Assembly (NCBI GenBank): GCA_002269645.1
Contig: NIVC01000573.1
Coordinates: 62,001 to 126,000, forward strand
Origin: Macrostomum lignano
Lineage: Eukaryota
Direction: 5' to 3'
Length of the DNA: 64,000 nucleotides
This document shows, one piece after another, positions 49,078 to 60,639 of the stretch. Below the pieces are notes generated by a model. The model was not told the DNA's origin and searched no databases. It saw only the letters and a program-made list of their open reading frames with translations. Numbering within the stretch: the stretch's first letter is position 1; the number at the start of each line of letters is the position of its first letter. The translations under genes and the position numbers were made by a program.

Positions 49078-51262
49078 TTGTCGGTGAGTAGATACTGCAA
49101 GCCCATGCTGAGTTCTGACCGGCTGATGCAGTTCTCACAAGCGCTGCTGCAAATTCTCAGCTCCGTGCAGACCGCCCTCGGAGCCAGCGGCGGATCCATC
49201 AACGAGAACGTACATACTGAGCCAGAGCTGTACGAAGGAGGTCGTGGTGCCCGCATCGCCGGGTTTTTCAACCTCTCGGCCGGCACCGCGCTGACCGTTG
49301 TTGTTGGCCAGCGGGGCACGAATCATGTAGTATAGAATACTCGGGGCAAACCTGGCTCTGGCAACTGCATAACCGGCGGAGGCGGATGCCTCCTTCGTGT
49401 ACACCGAGGCTGATGAGCTGCTCCTGGCTGCTGGTGGCGGCGGAGGTGCAGCGGTGTACTTTGCAGGTAACCAGCAGCTCTAGTGGCACTTTTATAGTAT
49501 TTTTCAGTGTTTAACAAAGCTACATGTATGGGAGGGTCGTAGGCCAGTGGTCCAGCGCGGCGCTCTGATGTGCCAGCGGCCCAGACTCGATTTCAAGTGC
49601 AGTCGTGGAATTAACGCCCTTGAGGGCCAAACCCCGAGACACAGTGAAGTGACATGCCTAACGACAATGTAAGCACTGGAATTGTTGCTTACATCGAAGC
49701 GAAAAAACAACGGCCTCCTCTCGTCTCGACCGGTGCTATCCAGCCAGACCAGCTCTACACTAAAGGGCAGATAACAAAGCTGAGGTTCGAAGGCCAAGCC
49801 AGCAGCCTGCGAACGCGAGACACAGTAGACTCGCAGCAATGCTTTTTGGGGGGTGATATGGTTGCCTAACAACGGGACAGAGAAAACTGCTCGAGCGATA
49901 ATCCTGCCCCGCTCAAACTACGAGTATGCATTGCTCTTCATTTTGTCAACCAAACCAGTTTGCTTGCTTGACTATAAAATACACTGCCTTGAATAATTTG
50001 CGGCACAGAGAGATTCGGAGATGTGAGCCTCAAACTCATAATAGCTAGGGCCCTCAGAGGCCAGTGTGTTAGAAATTCTTTCTAACTGCCAGAAGAATTC
50101 TTTCTTCTTCTGCTGAATAAAAACTGTTGTAGATAAATAAAGTCATGGCCGTTGTACACTCCTGTGTGCCTGTGCGTGACTGCGTACATGTACGTATCCT
50201 CGCCTTTGTGTGCCTGCTCAGGGGAGTCCGCCGAGTGGGCAGTAGTGCAGAACCGCCGATTCTGAGACAAAGTCGCCTAAGGTGCGCCAGGGTAGGTGCG
50301 TACAGACCCTGACTCTAATAAAAAATAAAAAGCTACATGTGCATTGTACATTTACTCGTATTTGCCCAGCACATCCTGATCTGTTCCCAGTCTTCCTTTC
50401 TTTACAAGTCCCCTCTTAGCGAGCAGGAAAGACTGGAGCATATATGGTAGGTGTCAGTAGCAGTATTGTATAGATGGTAGGTGTCAGTAGCAGTATTGTA
50501 TAGATGGTAGGTGTCAGTAGCAGTATTGTATAGATGGTAGATGTCTGTAGCGGGTAGAGAGGTGTCTGTAGCGGATAGAGAGAGGTGTCTGTAGCGGGTA
50601 GAGAGAGGTGCCTGTAGTGGGTAGCGAGAGGTGTCTGTAGCGGGTAGAGAGAGGTGTCTGTAGCGGGTAGAGAGAGGCGTCTGTAGCGGATAGAAAGAGG
50701 TGTCTGTAGCGGGTAGAGAGAGGCGTCTGTAGCGGATAGAAAGAGGTGTCTGTAGCGGGTAGAGAGAGGCGTCTGTAGCGGATAGAAAGAGGTGTCTGTA
50801 GCGGGTAGAGAGAGGCGTCTGTAGCGGATAGAAAGAGGTGTCTGTAGCGGATAGAGAGGTGTCTAGCGGGTAGAGAGAGGTGTCTGTAGCGGATAGAGAT
50901 GTCTGTAGCGGATAGAGAGGTGTCTAGCGGGTAGAGAGAGGTGTCTGTAGCGGATAGAGATGTCTGTAGCGGATAGAGATGTCTGTAGCGGATAGAGATA
51001 CATGTAGGTGCCTGTAGCGGGTAGAGAGGTGTCTGTAGAGGGTAGAGAGGCTTTGGCGGCGGATTCGAGAGCTCATCATCCTCTGCTGGGGCCAGCGGCA
51101 GCGGTGGCGGCTTCAGCGGCTTCAACAGCGGGCAGGCAGGAGGCGGCAGCTCCGTCTGCACTTTCGCCTGCTGCAACGCCACCAGTGGCGGCAACTCGGC
51201 CAGGTTGCACGGTCGAGTCCAAGTGACGCCAGTCGAGCTGGAGGAATGTCGCAGTGGCTGAT
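49078..51262 (+). pseudogene. ALK/LTK-type glycine-rich domain gene, copy 2, disrupted
   Basis: GASGG..GGRGARIAGFFNLSAGTALTVVVGQRG, then an in-frame TAG at about 49333 and frameshifts before SFVY..LLLAAGGGGG|gtaac. Terminal exon about 51050-51260 reads GFGGGF..GSGGGFSG..AGGGSS..SGGN..HGRVQV. Confidence 0.65.
50445..51050. repeat. Minisatellite GTGTCTGTAGCGG(A/G)TAGAGA(GA)G, same family as 37893-38650
   Basis: Shared unit and shared lead-in AGGTGTCAGT. Confidence 0.9.
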
Positions 51263-52323
51263 CCATGATGAGAAGAAAGAAGTTCTGGTGTCTTTCTGGC
51301 AAACTTTTAGTTAGTTATTTTTAGTATATAGGAAGTTTTGCAATTATCACTGGTATACAAGAACATGTGGTTAAACCAGCTACCAGATTTCACATTCGAT
51401 TATTATTGGCACAGAATTTTGTATGCATTCTTGTAAAAATAGCATACTGTGCTATTATGTATTTGTCTTATCAATTGTTATCAAATAAATTATGATTTTT
51501 GGCATGCTTTACTCTTGCCTTTAAATATGAGAAGGCCTCCTCAATGGGATTCAATGCATAAGACTATATGGCAGTAATTTAATTAATGCATGATTTACAT
51601 ATAGAGCAACCACATCATTGTGCCAAGGAGCATTATAATATATAAAATAACAATGATCATCAACAAAAGTTTGTTACTGGGGTTATGTTACTTAAAACTA
51701 ATAAAAGTATATTATGTCCTTTCCTAAAAATATTCACATTTTATGCAATGTTTAAATTTTATATTAACATAAAAAACTATTGCCATCAATAAACCAACAG
51801 GATTTACTTGAAAATTTTCTTCACCTGAAATGAAATACACATTTACACATAGGCTAACAAGCACACATTTATGGATTCATTTGAAAAATGCTATACATAT
51901 TAAGCGTAACAAAGAGTAATAAAAAATAGTATAAGTGTAACAAACAACAAATTAAGATATATAACTATCTATTTCATGAGCACAAATTTCTATGCCAGCA
52001 GAGGCTGTCAGGCCAAGGTCAACTGCAAAGACAATGAGTTGACCATTTCAAATCAAAGATTTCTAAGCTTTCAAAACAATGTTAATTTTTATAGTGGTTT
52101 AAAAATCCAAAATAGGTAGAAATATCAAAAAAGGACACTAGGCCTACATGTTATTTTGCATTATAGTACAATTCATTGTCTTTGTGTTACAGACACAAAT
52201 TATGTCTAGATGAAATCATAGCAAAAGATGCTTATTAATCATTAAAAAACAATTATGACAGAGTACTATAATGTTTTACCAAAAGAAAGGTTGCTTTGGC
52301 CTATACAGTTATAGCAGTAGTGT

Positions 52324-53103
52324 TTATTTAATTTTCTTAAACAAGAAGAAGCAAGCTGAAGGTTCCTTTATCAACTTAAATGATCGCTTATTTTTAGGCT
52401 TCGAAACACTCTCTTCAACCTGCACCTTAGTTATCTTCTTTTTCTCTGTTGTCAAGAAATAATCATCCAAACATTTCTTCTCGCTGATCAACTGCCCACT
52501 TTCAGAATCATAGACAGCTACCAGACTAAAATCAGTCTTTGTGTAGGCATTTCTGGCATCAAAGTGAGCATCGCTCACTAGAAAATGGCCGCCATTTTTT
52601 AGGTAATTCATGCAGGCGGAATTACTGACAAGTCCAGCTGATGCCGAGATCACCAGGTCGTAGGGCTTATTATTCACAGGAACAAACCTATCAAAGTTTG
52701 TGTTTTCAAAACTGTAGATGGTCGGTCTAGTATACTGCTTGTTCTCCTCAATCCAAGAATGAATAGCCGGATCATTGAAGAAAGGCAGCATCTTGGAGTT
52801 AAGGTCGATGTAGGTCACATTGTCGAAGATGAGCGAAGCGGTGAGATGTTTGTCGCAACCAGGGTACATCACAGTGGCTATGTTCCCACAGAACTGCTTA
52901 ACTGCAGCAAAGATAGGTATGTGCCAGTCCTCGAGTCCTTTGTAGATACGGAGGAAGTGGGACAAGTGCTTTACTGAAGGCTTCTTTTTATTGGCTCCAT
53001 TCCTTCTGGTCGATCTCTTCTCTGCCTTCTTTGTCATCTTGACAATAGTTTTTCTATTTGATTTCTTTACAGAAGTTTGTTTTTCAATCTTTCTACGGCC
53101 CAT
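52324..53103 (-). CDS. Intronless 259-aa protein, putative class I SAM methyltransferase-like fold with basic N-terminal extension
   Basis: Uninterrupted non-repetitive ORF in AT-rich DNA. Motifs VMYPG, YIDLN, YDLVISASAG and YLKNGGHFLV follow Rossmann methyltransferase order. There is an acceptor-like TTTTCAG 9 nt upstream of the ATG. Confidence 0.7.
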   Translation of the reverse strand: MGRRKIEKQTSVKKSNRKTIVKMTKKAEKRSTRRNGANKKKPSVKHLSHFLRIYKGLEDWHIPIFAAVKQFCGNIATVMYPGCDKHLTASLIFDNVTYIDLNSKMLPFFNDPAIHSWIEENKQYTRPTIYSFENTNFDRFVPVNNKPYDLVISASAGLVSNSACMNYLKNGGHFLVSDAHFDARNAYTKTDFSLVAVYDSESGQLISEKKCLDDYFLTTEKKKITKVQVEESVSKPKNKRSFKLIKEPSACFFLFKKIK

Positions 53104-53210
53104 TTTGAGGTTCTGAAAATATAAATAAATAATTTTTAAGCTTTAGAAGAGCTAATGACAGACTAAACTGAGGTGGGGATAGAAAGTTTTTTCGAAAGGT
53201 GGGCGGTCTG

Positions 53211-55493
53211 TGTAAAGTATTTTTATGTATCAATTAAATCTCCGCACTTTTTATGATGTGTCCGGCATTCTTGAATATTATTTAGTTAGTATTTATTCAG
53301 TAGTGAGTTTCTATTTCCGCGATTCTTACTGTACGTACTTTACTACTATTGTTTTACTGTATGCTAATTCCTATCGTATTTCAAACGCGAATGCGCTGTG
53401 TTTTGGTGTTAAACACCACGCTCCATGGACTGGACCTTTCCGCGTCACCCGGAAGTTGACCAGCCTGACCTATGAAGTGAAGTCGATTGACGAACATCAG
53501 AAAGAAAAGATCGTAAATGTAGAGAAGATGAAACGCTACATTGAGCCGCGTAGACAAGAAGGGTAGTGGCAAGACGAAGAGGCTGACGAAAGAGAACAAG
53601 AACCAGAAGAAAGCATCGAAGAGGAATGGGTCATTGTGTAGAACCGACTGTCATTAAGAAACAGATCTCGCGCGTAATTGCACCAATCACTACTTTGTGG
53701 TCACTTCATGGTGAATTCCTGGAACTAATCATGGTTAATCTACTAATAATTATTGGTTTTGATCCGTTGGACTAACTAGAACAATCATCTGATTATGATG
53801 GACTACTGGTAACTGGACTTACTAATTACTGTCTGATGGACTACTGGTAACTGGACTGACTAATTACTGCTTGATGGACTGACGGATAACTACCTAAGGG
53901 ACTGATGGACTACTACACTTAACTACCGTGCAATAATTGTCCTGGAGACAGACTGTGAGCATTTTAACACTGATATAAATGAAGCCATGTTAAACGCTAT
54001 TAGATTCGCAACTTGATTCAAATACTGACTGGTTGTTTCCTAATAATGCAATTTTCGTATTTGGTAAATAGTAAATTTTGCGTGTTATTACACTGTTCCT
54101 ATTGTTCAATTGCAGGGTGCTCGATTGCTTGAATTTTTGCTTCGCGCATTAGTGAAATCGTTTTATCCGTCGAACTTTTAGTCGTACATATTTTTTTTCA
54201 AAAAAAATACAAATATTATTTTGTTATTGCATTTAAATTTTCCCCAATATTGTGACAAAACATTGAAAAAATATCTGTTGCATATGCTTTCGCTATCGAA
54301 TTGTTGTCGCAGAGGTGTACTGTAATTGTCGATCGTTCACGTCTTTCTGCAACTGTAATGGTCTGAAACTGTTATTTCGTTCGAAACCTTCATCATTTCA
54401 TTGTTCGTAATTTAGGCATAATTTAACTCGTTGACAAGTACCGTAATAAGTTGCTTCTCTTAAACATTTCATCGTCAGTGTTAGAATTTTGTCGTCTGTG
54501 CATTCGTTTCGGCGTTCTGTTGCATACGTTCGAATTGATGTTCTCGTGACAGTTTCGGTTTGTTGTGCTATCATGCATAATCATCAGCTGTAATACATTT
54601 TTTGAAGTGGTTTAAAGTTTTTCCTGCTCTTTTTGCCGGCATTCTTGTTGTGCAAATCGATGTTCAGAATCAACGCTCGCGCCGTGTCCAATGAACCTCT
54701 GCCTTCCGTGCGGTCGTGCTGGTGGCTCTGTCAGTAAGATTATAACTGTATTAGTATTGCAAGCATGACGACCTTGCGTCTCTAGGAATTTTTTTTTCTT
54801 CCTTCAGGGTACACTCGGTATGCATGTTTCCTCAACTTTAAATGTAAAATTATCACTGTTTTTCTGTACCCACTTTCATACCGTACGAGTATAAGCAACA
54901 AAGCACGTCGAAATTTTCTATGTTCAACTGACGCAGATTTTTGAAGTAGTATGTATCGAGTTTTCTTAACGGTAACAATGAGGGCATTGTTTTTCTGGAG
55001 GGGGGGTAATGTAAAGTATTTTTATGTATCAATTAAATCTCCGCACTTTTTATGATGTGTCCGGCATTCTTGAATATTATTTAGTTAGTATTTATTCAGT
55101 AGTGAGTTTCTATTTCCGCGATTCTTACTGTACGTACTTTACTACTATTGTTTTACTGTATGCTAATTCCTATCGTATTTCAAACGCGAATGCGCTGTGT
55201 TTTGGTGTTAATCTTCTGTGCGCCGTAGTAGTTGTAGTCGTAGGGTTGCATAGCCGTTCCAGAGTTCCAGTCGATCCAGTTTTAATTCAAAAATAGATAT
55301 AGACATTATTTAGAATATATATTAATTACTTTGACTACATAGATTGTTCAGATACGAATACAAATATATAAATAAAAATGAATTAAGGCGCATTGCACCC
55401 ACAAGCCAAGAACGCATTCGTTCATTCATCTGTCATCACAACGAAAATAAGGCGGTTCTTTGAATTATTGGACTTCAAGAAACTTATTTTACA
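53211..55493 (+). mobile_element. Gypsy-type LTR retrotransposon, internally deleted
   Basis: 5' LTR fragment 53211-53412 is identical to 55010-55211. The 3' LTR 55010-55493 begins TGTAAA and ends TTTACA. PPT GGAGGGGGGG at about 54997-55006. 4-bp TSD TCTG at 53207-53210 and 55494-55497. Integrase C-terminal GPY/F remnant WTGPFRVTRKL..YEV..VNVEKMKRY at 53413-53566. Confidence 0.9.
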
Positions 55494-56565
55494 TCTGACA
55501 AATTTGAAATGCCGCCAGCGTTGAGTTCGCACGAATTATGCCGGAAAGTCCCGCAGTCGTATCTCAACAAATTTTCTCCTGTGTCATCTTTTCTCCTGTG
55601 TCCAGGGTAGTTTTAATCGTAATCGAGCGGTCTTCGTTAGGCACGGTCGTTCAAATTGGGTCCTTTAGACACCGTAAATTCAATGTACGTCGATATTCGT
55701 TGATGCTTACTAAAAGTAGCGTATCACTGCTACCACCATAATTTACGTATTACGGAACGTTAGTTTCTCAGAGTTCGCTTAGAGTTGATAACGATTGGTT
55801 GTTTTACGCCCCACGGGCAAATTACTCAAGAAAATGCTATGGGCTTCAATTGATTAACGAAGGATAAATATTAGTTATTTATCAATTATTAGGTGGTGTA
55901 AGATAAATACGGTTGGAGGTTATATATATTCAGCACGCGAACTACGATTAAATGTCCGGCAGAGCCGCGGTGCGGGATAAGTAGATTTGGTTACTTAGTT
56001 GGAGTTAATTGCTAAATAATGTGGCGTAGGCAATTAATAGACTAAAACAAAAACTTCCGCGGTGGTAAATGCAGTAGTGTCTATATTGCTTTACTCTGCG
56101 AATTAAATTTTATAGATTTTTATACTTATTCGCTTCGCGTTCAGTGGTTTATTTTCAGCAAAGTAAAACTGAATGCGGAAGGCGGAGAGCAGTCTTGACG
56201 GTCTCTGTGGCTCAGGGCCTGAGATAACTGCTCAAGTCGAAGTTGAAGGTGCTACTAGCTCGTAAAAGTTCGAAATTATCTGTGTTTGACATCCGGCTAA
56301 CTTTTGAGCCGCAGCAGCAGCAACTGCAGCAGCTTATCTTATCAGCCAGCTGAAGGAGACTGGCTGGGATTTGCTTGAGCCCCCAGCTTCATCCGGGGAT
56401 AACTCGGCCTGCTGCTCTTGTGGGCGGCTTTGGGTTAAAATGGATTAAAGCAGAGCTTTCGTGCGCCTGGTGCTCCATCAACTGCAACTCAGTGCGTCCG
56501 GGTTGCTATAAGGAAGCTGCGCTTCATCAACTCTGCTTTAGAATGCTGAGAGTGAATTGGTGAGC

Positions 56566-56828
<263 letters not shown>

Positions 56829-56844
56829 GCTTGATCTAGCTATC

Positions 56845-57460
56845 TAGCTTGATTGGCTGCGGCAAGCAAGCTCGAAAGAGCTCGCTTCGCTCGCTCTTTC
56901 TCGCTATCTACTATCCATAGCCAGGACCTGCACCGGAGCGGTTACGAAAATTAGATTTCTCGGTAGTTGCACGTACTCTTTTGCACTACTTGAGTAGTCT
57001 GATTTTCGTTCGGCATGGCTGGTTCCAGCAGGTAGTTCCTCTGGATAAAAGCGCTTACCGCGCCCATTGGCTTTCCAGCTGCCTTAATCGTTTCCGGTGA
57101 TCTTGTGTGCGTGCTTTCAGCTTGATTGGCTGCGGCAAGCAAGCTCGAAAGAGCTCGCTTCGCTCGCTCTTTCTCGCTATCTACTATCCATAGCCAGGAC
57201 CTGCACCGGAGCGGTTACGAAAATTAGATTTCTCGGTAGTTGCACGTACTCTTTTGCACTACTTGAGTAGTCTGATTTTCGTTCGGCATGGCTGGTTCCA
57301 GCAGGTAGTTCCTCTGGATAAAAGCGCTTACCGCGCCCATTGGCTTTCCAGCTGCCTTAATCGTTTCCGGTGATCTTGTGTGCGTGCTTTCAGCTTGATT
57401 GGCTGCGGCAAGCAAGCTCGAAAGAGCTCGCTTCGCTCGCTCTTTCTCGCTATCTACTAT
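56845..57460. repeat. 273-bp tandem duplication (2 full copies plus a partial one)
   Basis: Unit starts recur at about 56846, 57119 and 57392. Identical ORFs 56951-57142 and 57224-57415. Confidence 0.95.
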
Positions 57461-58015
<555 letters not shown>

Positions 58016-58031
58016 CTCACCTATCCGGCAG

Positions 58032-59897
58032 GAGCGGCATCCCCTTAACCGAGGAGTCGCCAAGCCACGCCAGTCCAGCCCGCTCATCTCCTCGCTGCTC
58101 GCAGCCCAGTGCGCCCTCGGCTACTCCACCTTAGCGCTCGGCCTGCTGGTGAACAGTCTTGCCATTTTCGCGCTGCGCCGGCCCTGCTACTTGAACGACG
58201 CCACCCGCCTGCTGCTGCTGGGCTGCAGCGTGGCCGACATCCTGGTGCTGCTGGTGTCGCTGCTGAACTATCAGCTCTCCCGCCTGCACGGCTGGTCGAT
58301 CCGGGCTGCCAGCCACTTCCTGTGCAAGCTGCACCCGGCTCTGGCGAACTTCGTCACCTTCGCGGCCCACTGGCTGCTGGCGCTGTTGTGCACCGAGCGC
58401 TGGGTGGCCTCGGCCAGGCCGCGCCGCTTCCACTGCTTCTCCAGCCGGAGCCGCCTGCTGGCTCTCGTGCTGCTGCTCTGCAACGTCGCCCTGCTGTCTG
58501 CCGTCAGCATCTTCCTGGTGGTGGCGCTTCAGTCAAGCGGAGCCTGCGACGTCGTCGACAGCAGCCAGACGCTGTTCTGGATCGTCAACACGGTGGACTT
58601 TGCGCTGCGGATTCTGGCGCCAGCTGCCGTCATGACTGGCGCCCTGGCGCTGAGGTGAGCGGGAAGTTGGTGGGACATTAAGCTTTGTGTTATCCCCCTG
58701 TGAGTCATGAAGCTTTGTGAGATCCCCCTGTGAGTCATGAAGCTTTGTGTGATCCCCCTGTGAGTCATGAAGCTTTGTGTTATCCTCTGTGAGTCATGAA
58801 GCTTTGTGTTATCCCCTGTGAGTCATGAAGCTTTGTATGATCCCCCTGTGAGTCATGAAGCTTTGTATGATCTCCCTGTGAGTCATGAAGCTTTGTGTGA
58901 CCCCCCTGTGAGTCATGAAGCTTTGTGTGACCCCCCCTGTGAGTCATGAAGCTTTGTGTGATCCCCCTGTGAGTCATGAAGCTTTGTGTGATCCCCCTGT
59001 GAGTCAAAAAGCTTTGTATGATCCCCCTGTGAGTCATGAAGCTTTTTATGAGCCTCCTGTGAGTCATGAAGCTTTGTGTGATCTCCCTGTGAGTCATGAA
59101 GCTTTGTATGAGCCCCTGTGAGTCATTAAGCTTTTTGAGCGACCGATGCTCATGTAGCTCTTAACGACCTGCTTATAGCTCATGAAGATTTTTATGATGC
59201 TCTCGAGGCTCATAAAGCTCAATATCTCTATGATCCTTTTTTAATCATGAAAGTTATATGATCTTCTGTGGCTCGCTAAGATTTCCATGATAATTTCGTG
59301 GGTTCCAAAGTTGCAAATGATGCTTCTGAACTTATGTCGATTTTGGAACTCCGCAAAGCCCTCTTCTTAATGTCCTAATCCTTATCAAGCTTATATTTTC
59401 AAGCTTATCACATCGAGTATACGACTCCGCCATACTGCTAGCCAAAATATGTTGGTAGGCTAATGTGGTCATAAAAGTGCTATTATAATTAAACATTATG
59501 CAGGTACAGCGCCTACTACTGCAGTTGCTATGGAAACGCGTCGACGACGACAACAACTCAGCGACGACCGCTGGACGACACGGTCCGCTCCCTGCCGCTC
59601 GTGCTGGCGTACTTCAGCCTCACGGGCGCCCCCGGCAGGGCCTGCTTCTTGATCAGGAAGCAGCTGGCCAGCGGCTGCGGGCTCACGGCAGCGGAGGCTG
59701 ACTGCCTCATCGATTTCCTCATCGTGCTGGCCTACACCGGCCACTGCGCCCGGACCCTCATCTTGGCCGCCGTGTCCAGGCGATTCCGGCGCTTGTGCCG
59801 CAGGCAGCTGCCCTGCCTGAGCGGCCACATCGCCCCAACGACTGTTGCGTCCCAGACCGCTGAGCACCGGCTTCGCGAGATGAGCACTTCGGGTTGA
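58032..59897 (+). CDS. Divergent class A GPCR (peptide-receptor-like orphan); 5' exon not identified
   Basis: Exon 58032-58654 has TM1-5 (LGLLVNSLAIF, SVADILVLL, FLCKL, CTERWVASARP). Its phase-2 donor joins exon 59504-59897 (TM6-7, ending SRRFR). No ATG was located upstream of the acceptor. Confidence 0.75.
58675..59130. repeat. About 30-bp minisatellite GCTTTGTGTGATCCCCCTGTGAGTCATGAA (GPCR intron)
   Basis: About 15 copies. Confidence 0.95.
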
Positions 59898-60195
59898 GCA
59901 CTCCTGGTTGGACACTGCCGGTTGAGTTGAGCACTCTGGGATGAGCACACCGGGTTGAGCACTCCTGGTTGAGCACTCCGGGTTGAGCACTCCGGGTTGA
60001 GCACTCCGGATTGAGCACTCCGGATTGAGCACTCTAGGCAGAATACTCCAGGTTGAGCACTCCGAGCTAAGCACTCTAGGTTGAACACTACGGGTTGGTC
60101 ACTCTGGGTTGAGCACTCCGTTTTGAGCACTCAGATGTGAGCACTGTGGGTTGAAGACTTTGGTGTTGAGCATCCGAGTTGGGCACTCGGCACTG
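59888..60195. repeat. About 14-bp degenerate repeat TTGAGCACTCCGGG
   Basis: Begins at the GPCR stop codon. Confidence 0.85.
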
Positions 60196-60639
60196 AACTC
60201 TCTAGCATTAGATTAGACTTCGCCCGCAAGAGGAAAGTACATAAACGGATGATTTCTTTCTTCATTACATGTACGCTCGCAGTTAATGTTGAATATCCTT
60301 GTTGTATTGATTAATTTTTCCAAACAAAAAACTTGATTGACAGTCCCTTATTCGGAGCTACTCAAATCGCTATTAGCGTGCCTTTCAAAGCTGTCTCAGT
60401 ACTCCTGCATATCCAAATAATTTCTTTTTTTTCGCACTTGTACCGCGCGCGCTGTAACCCTTAAAATTTTTGAAAGTGTTGAAAATATCCAGCGTCCTTT
60501 CTATCTGGGAGATGCCACCCACTTGTTAAATACTCGTGTCTGGCAACGCAAAACATCCTCTTTCAGTGCGTGATTAGGGTTGAGCTGGTCCAGATTGTCA
60601 GAGTGAGGCAGCTCAAATATAACGGATTTGATTGACTGT

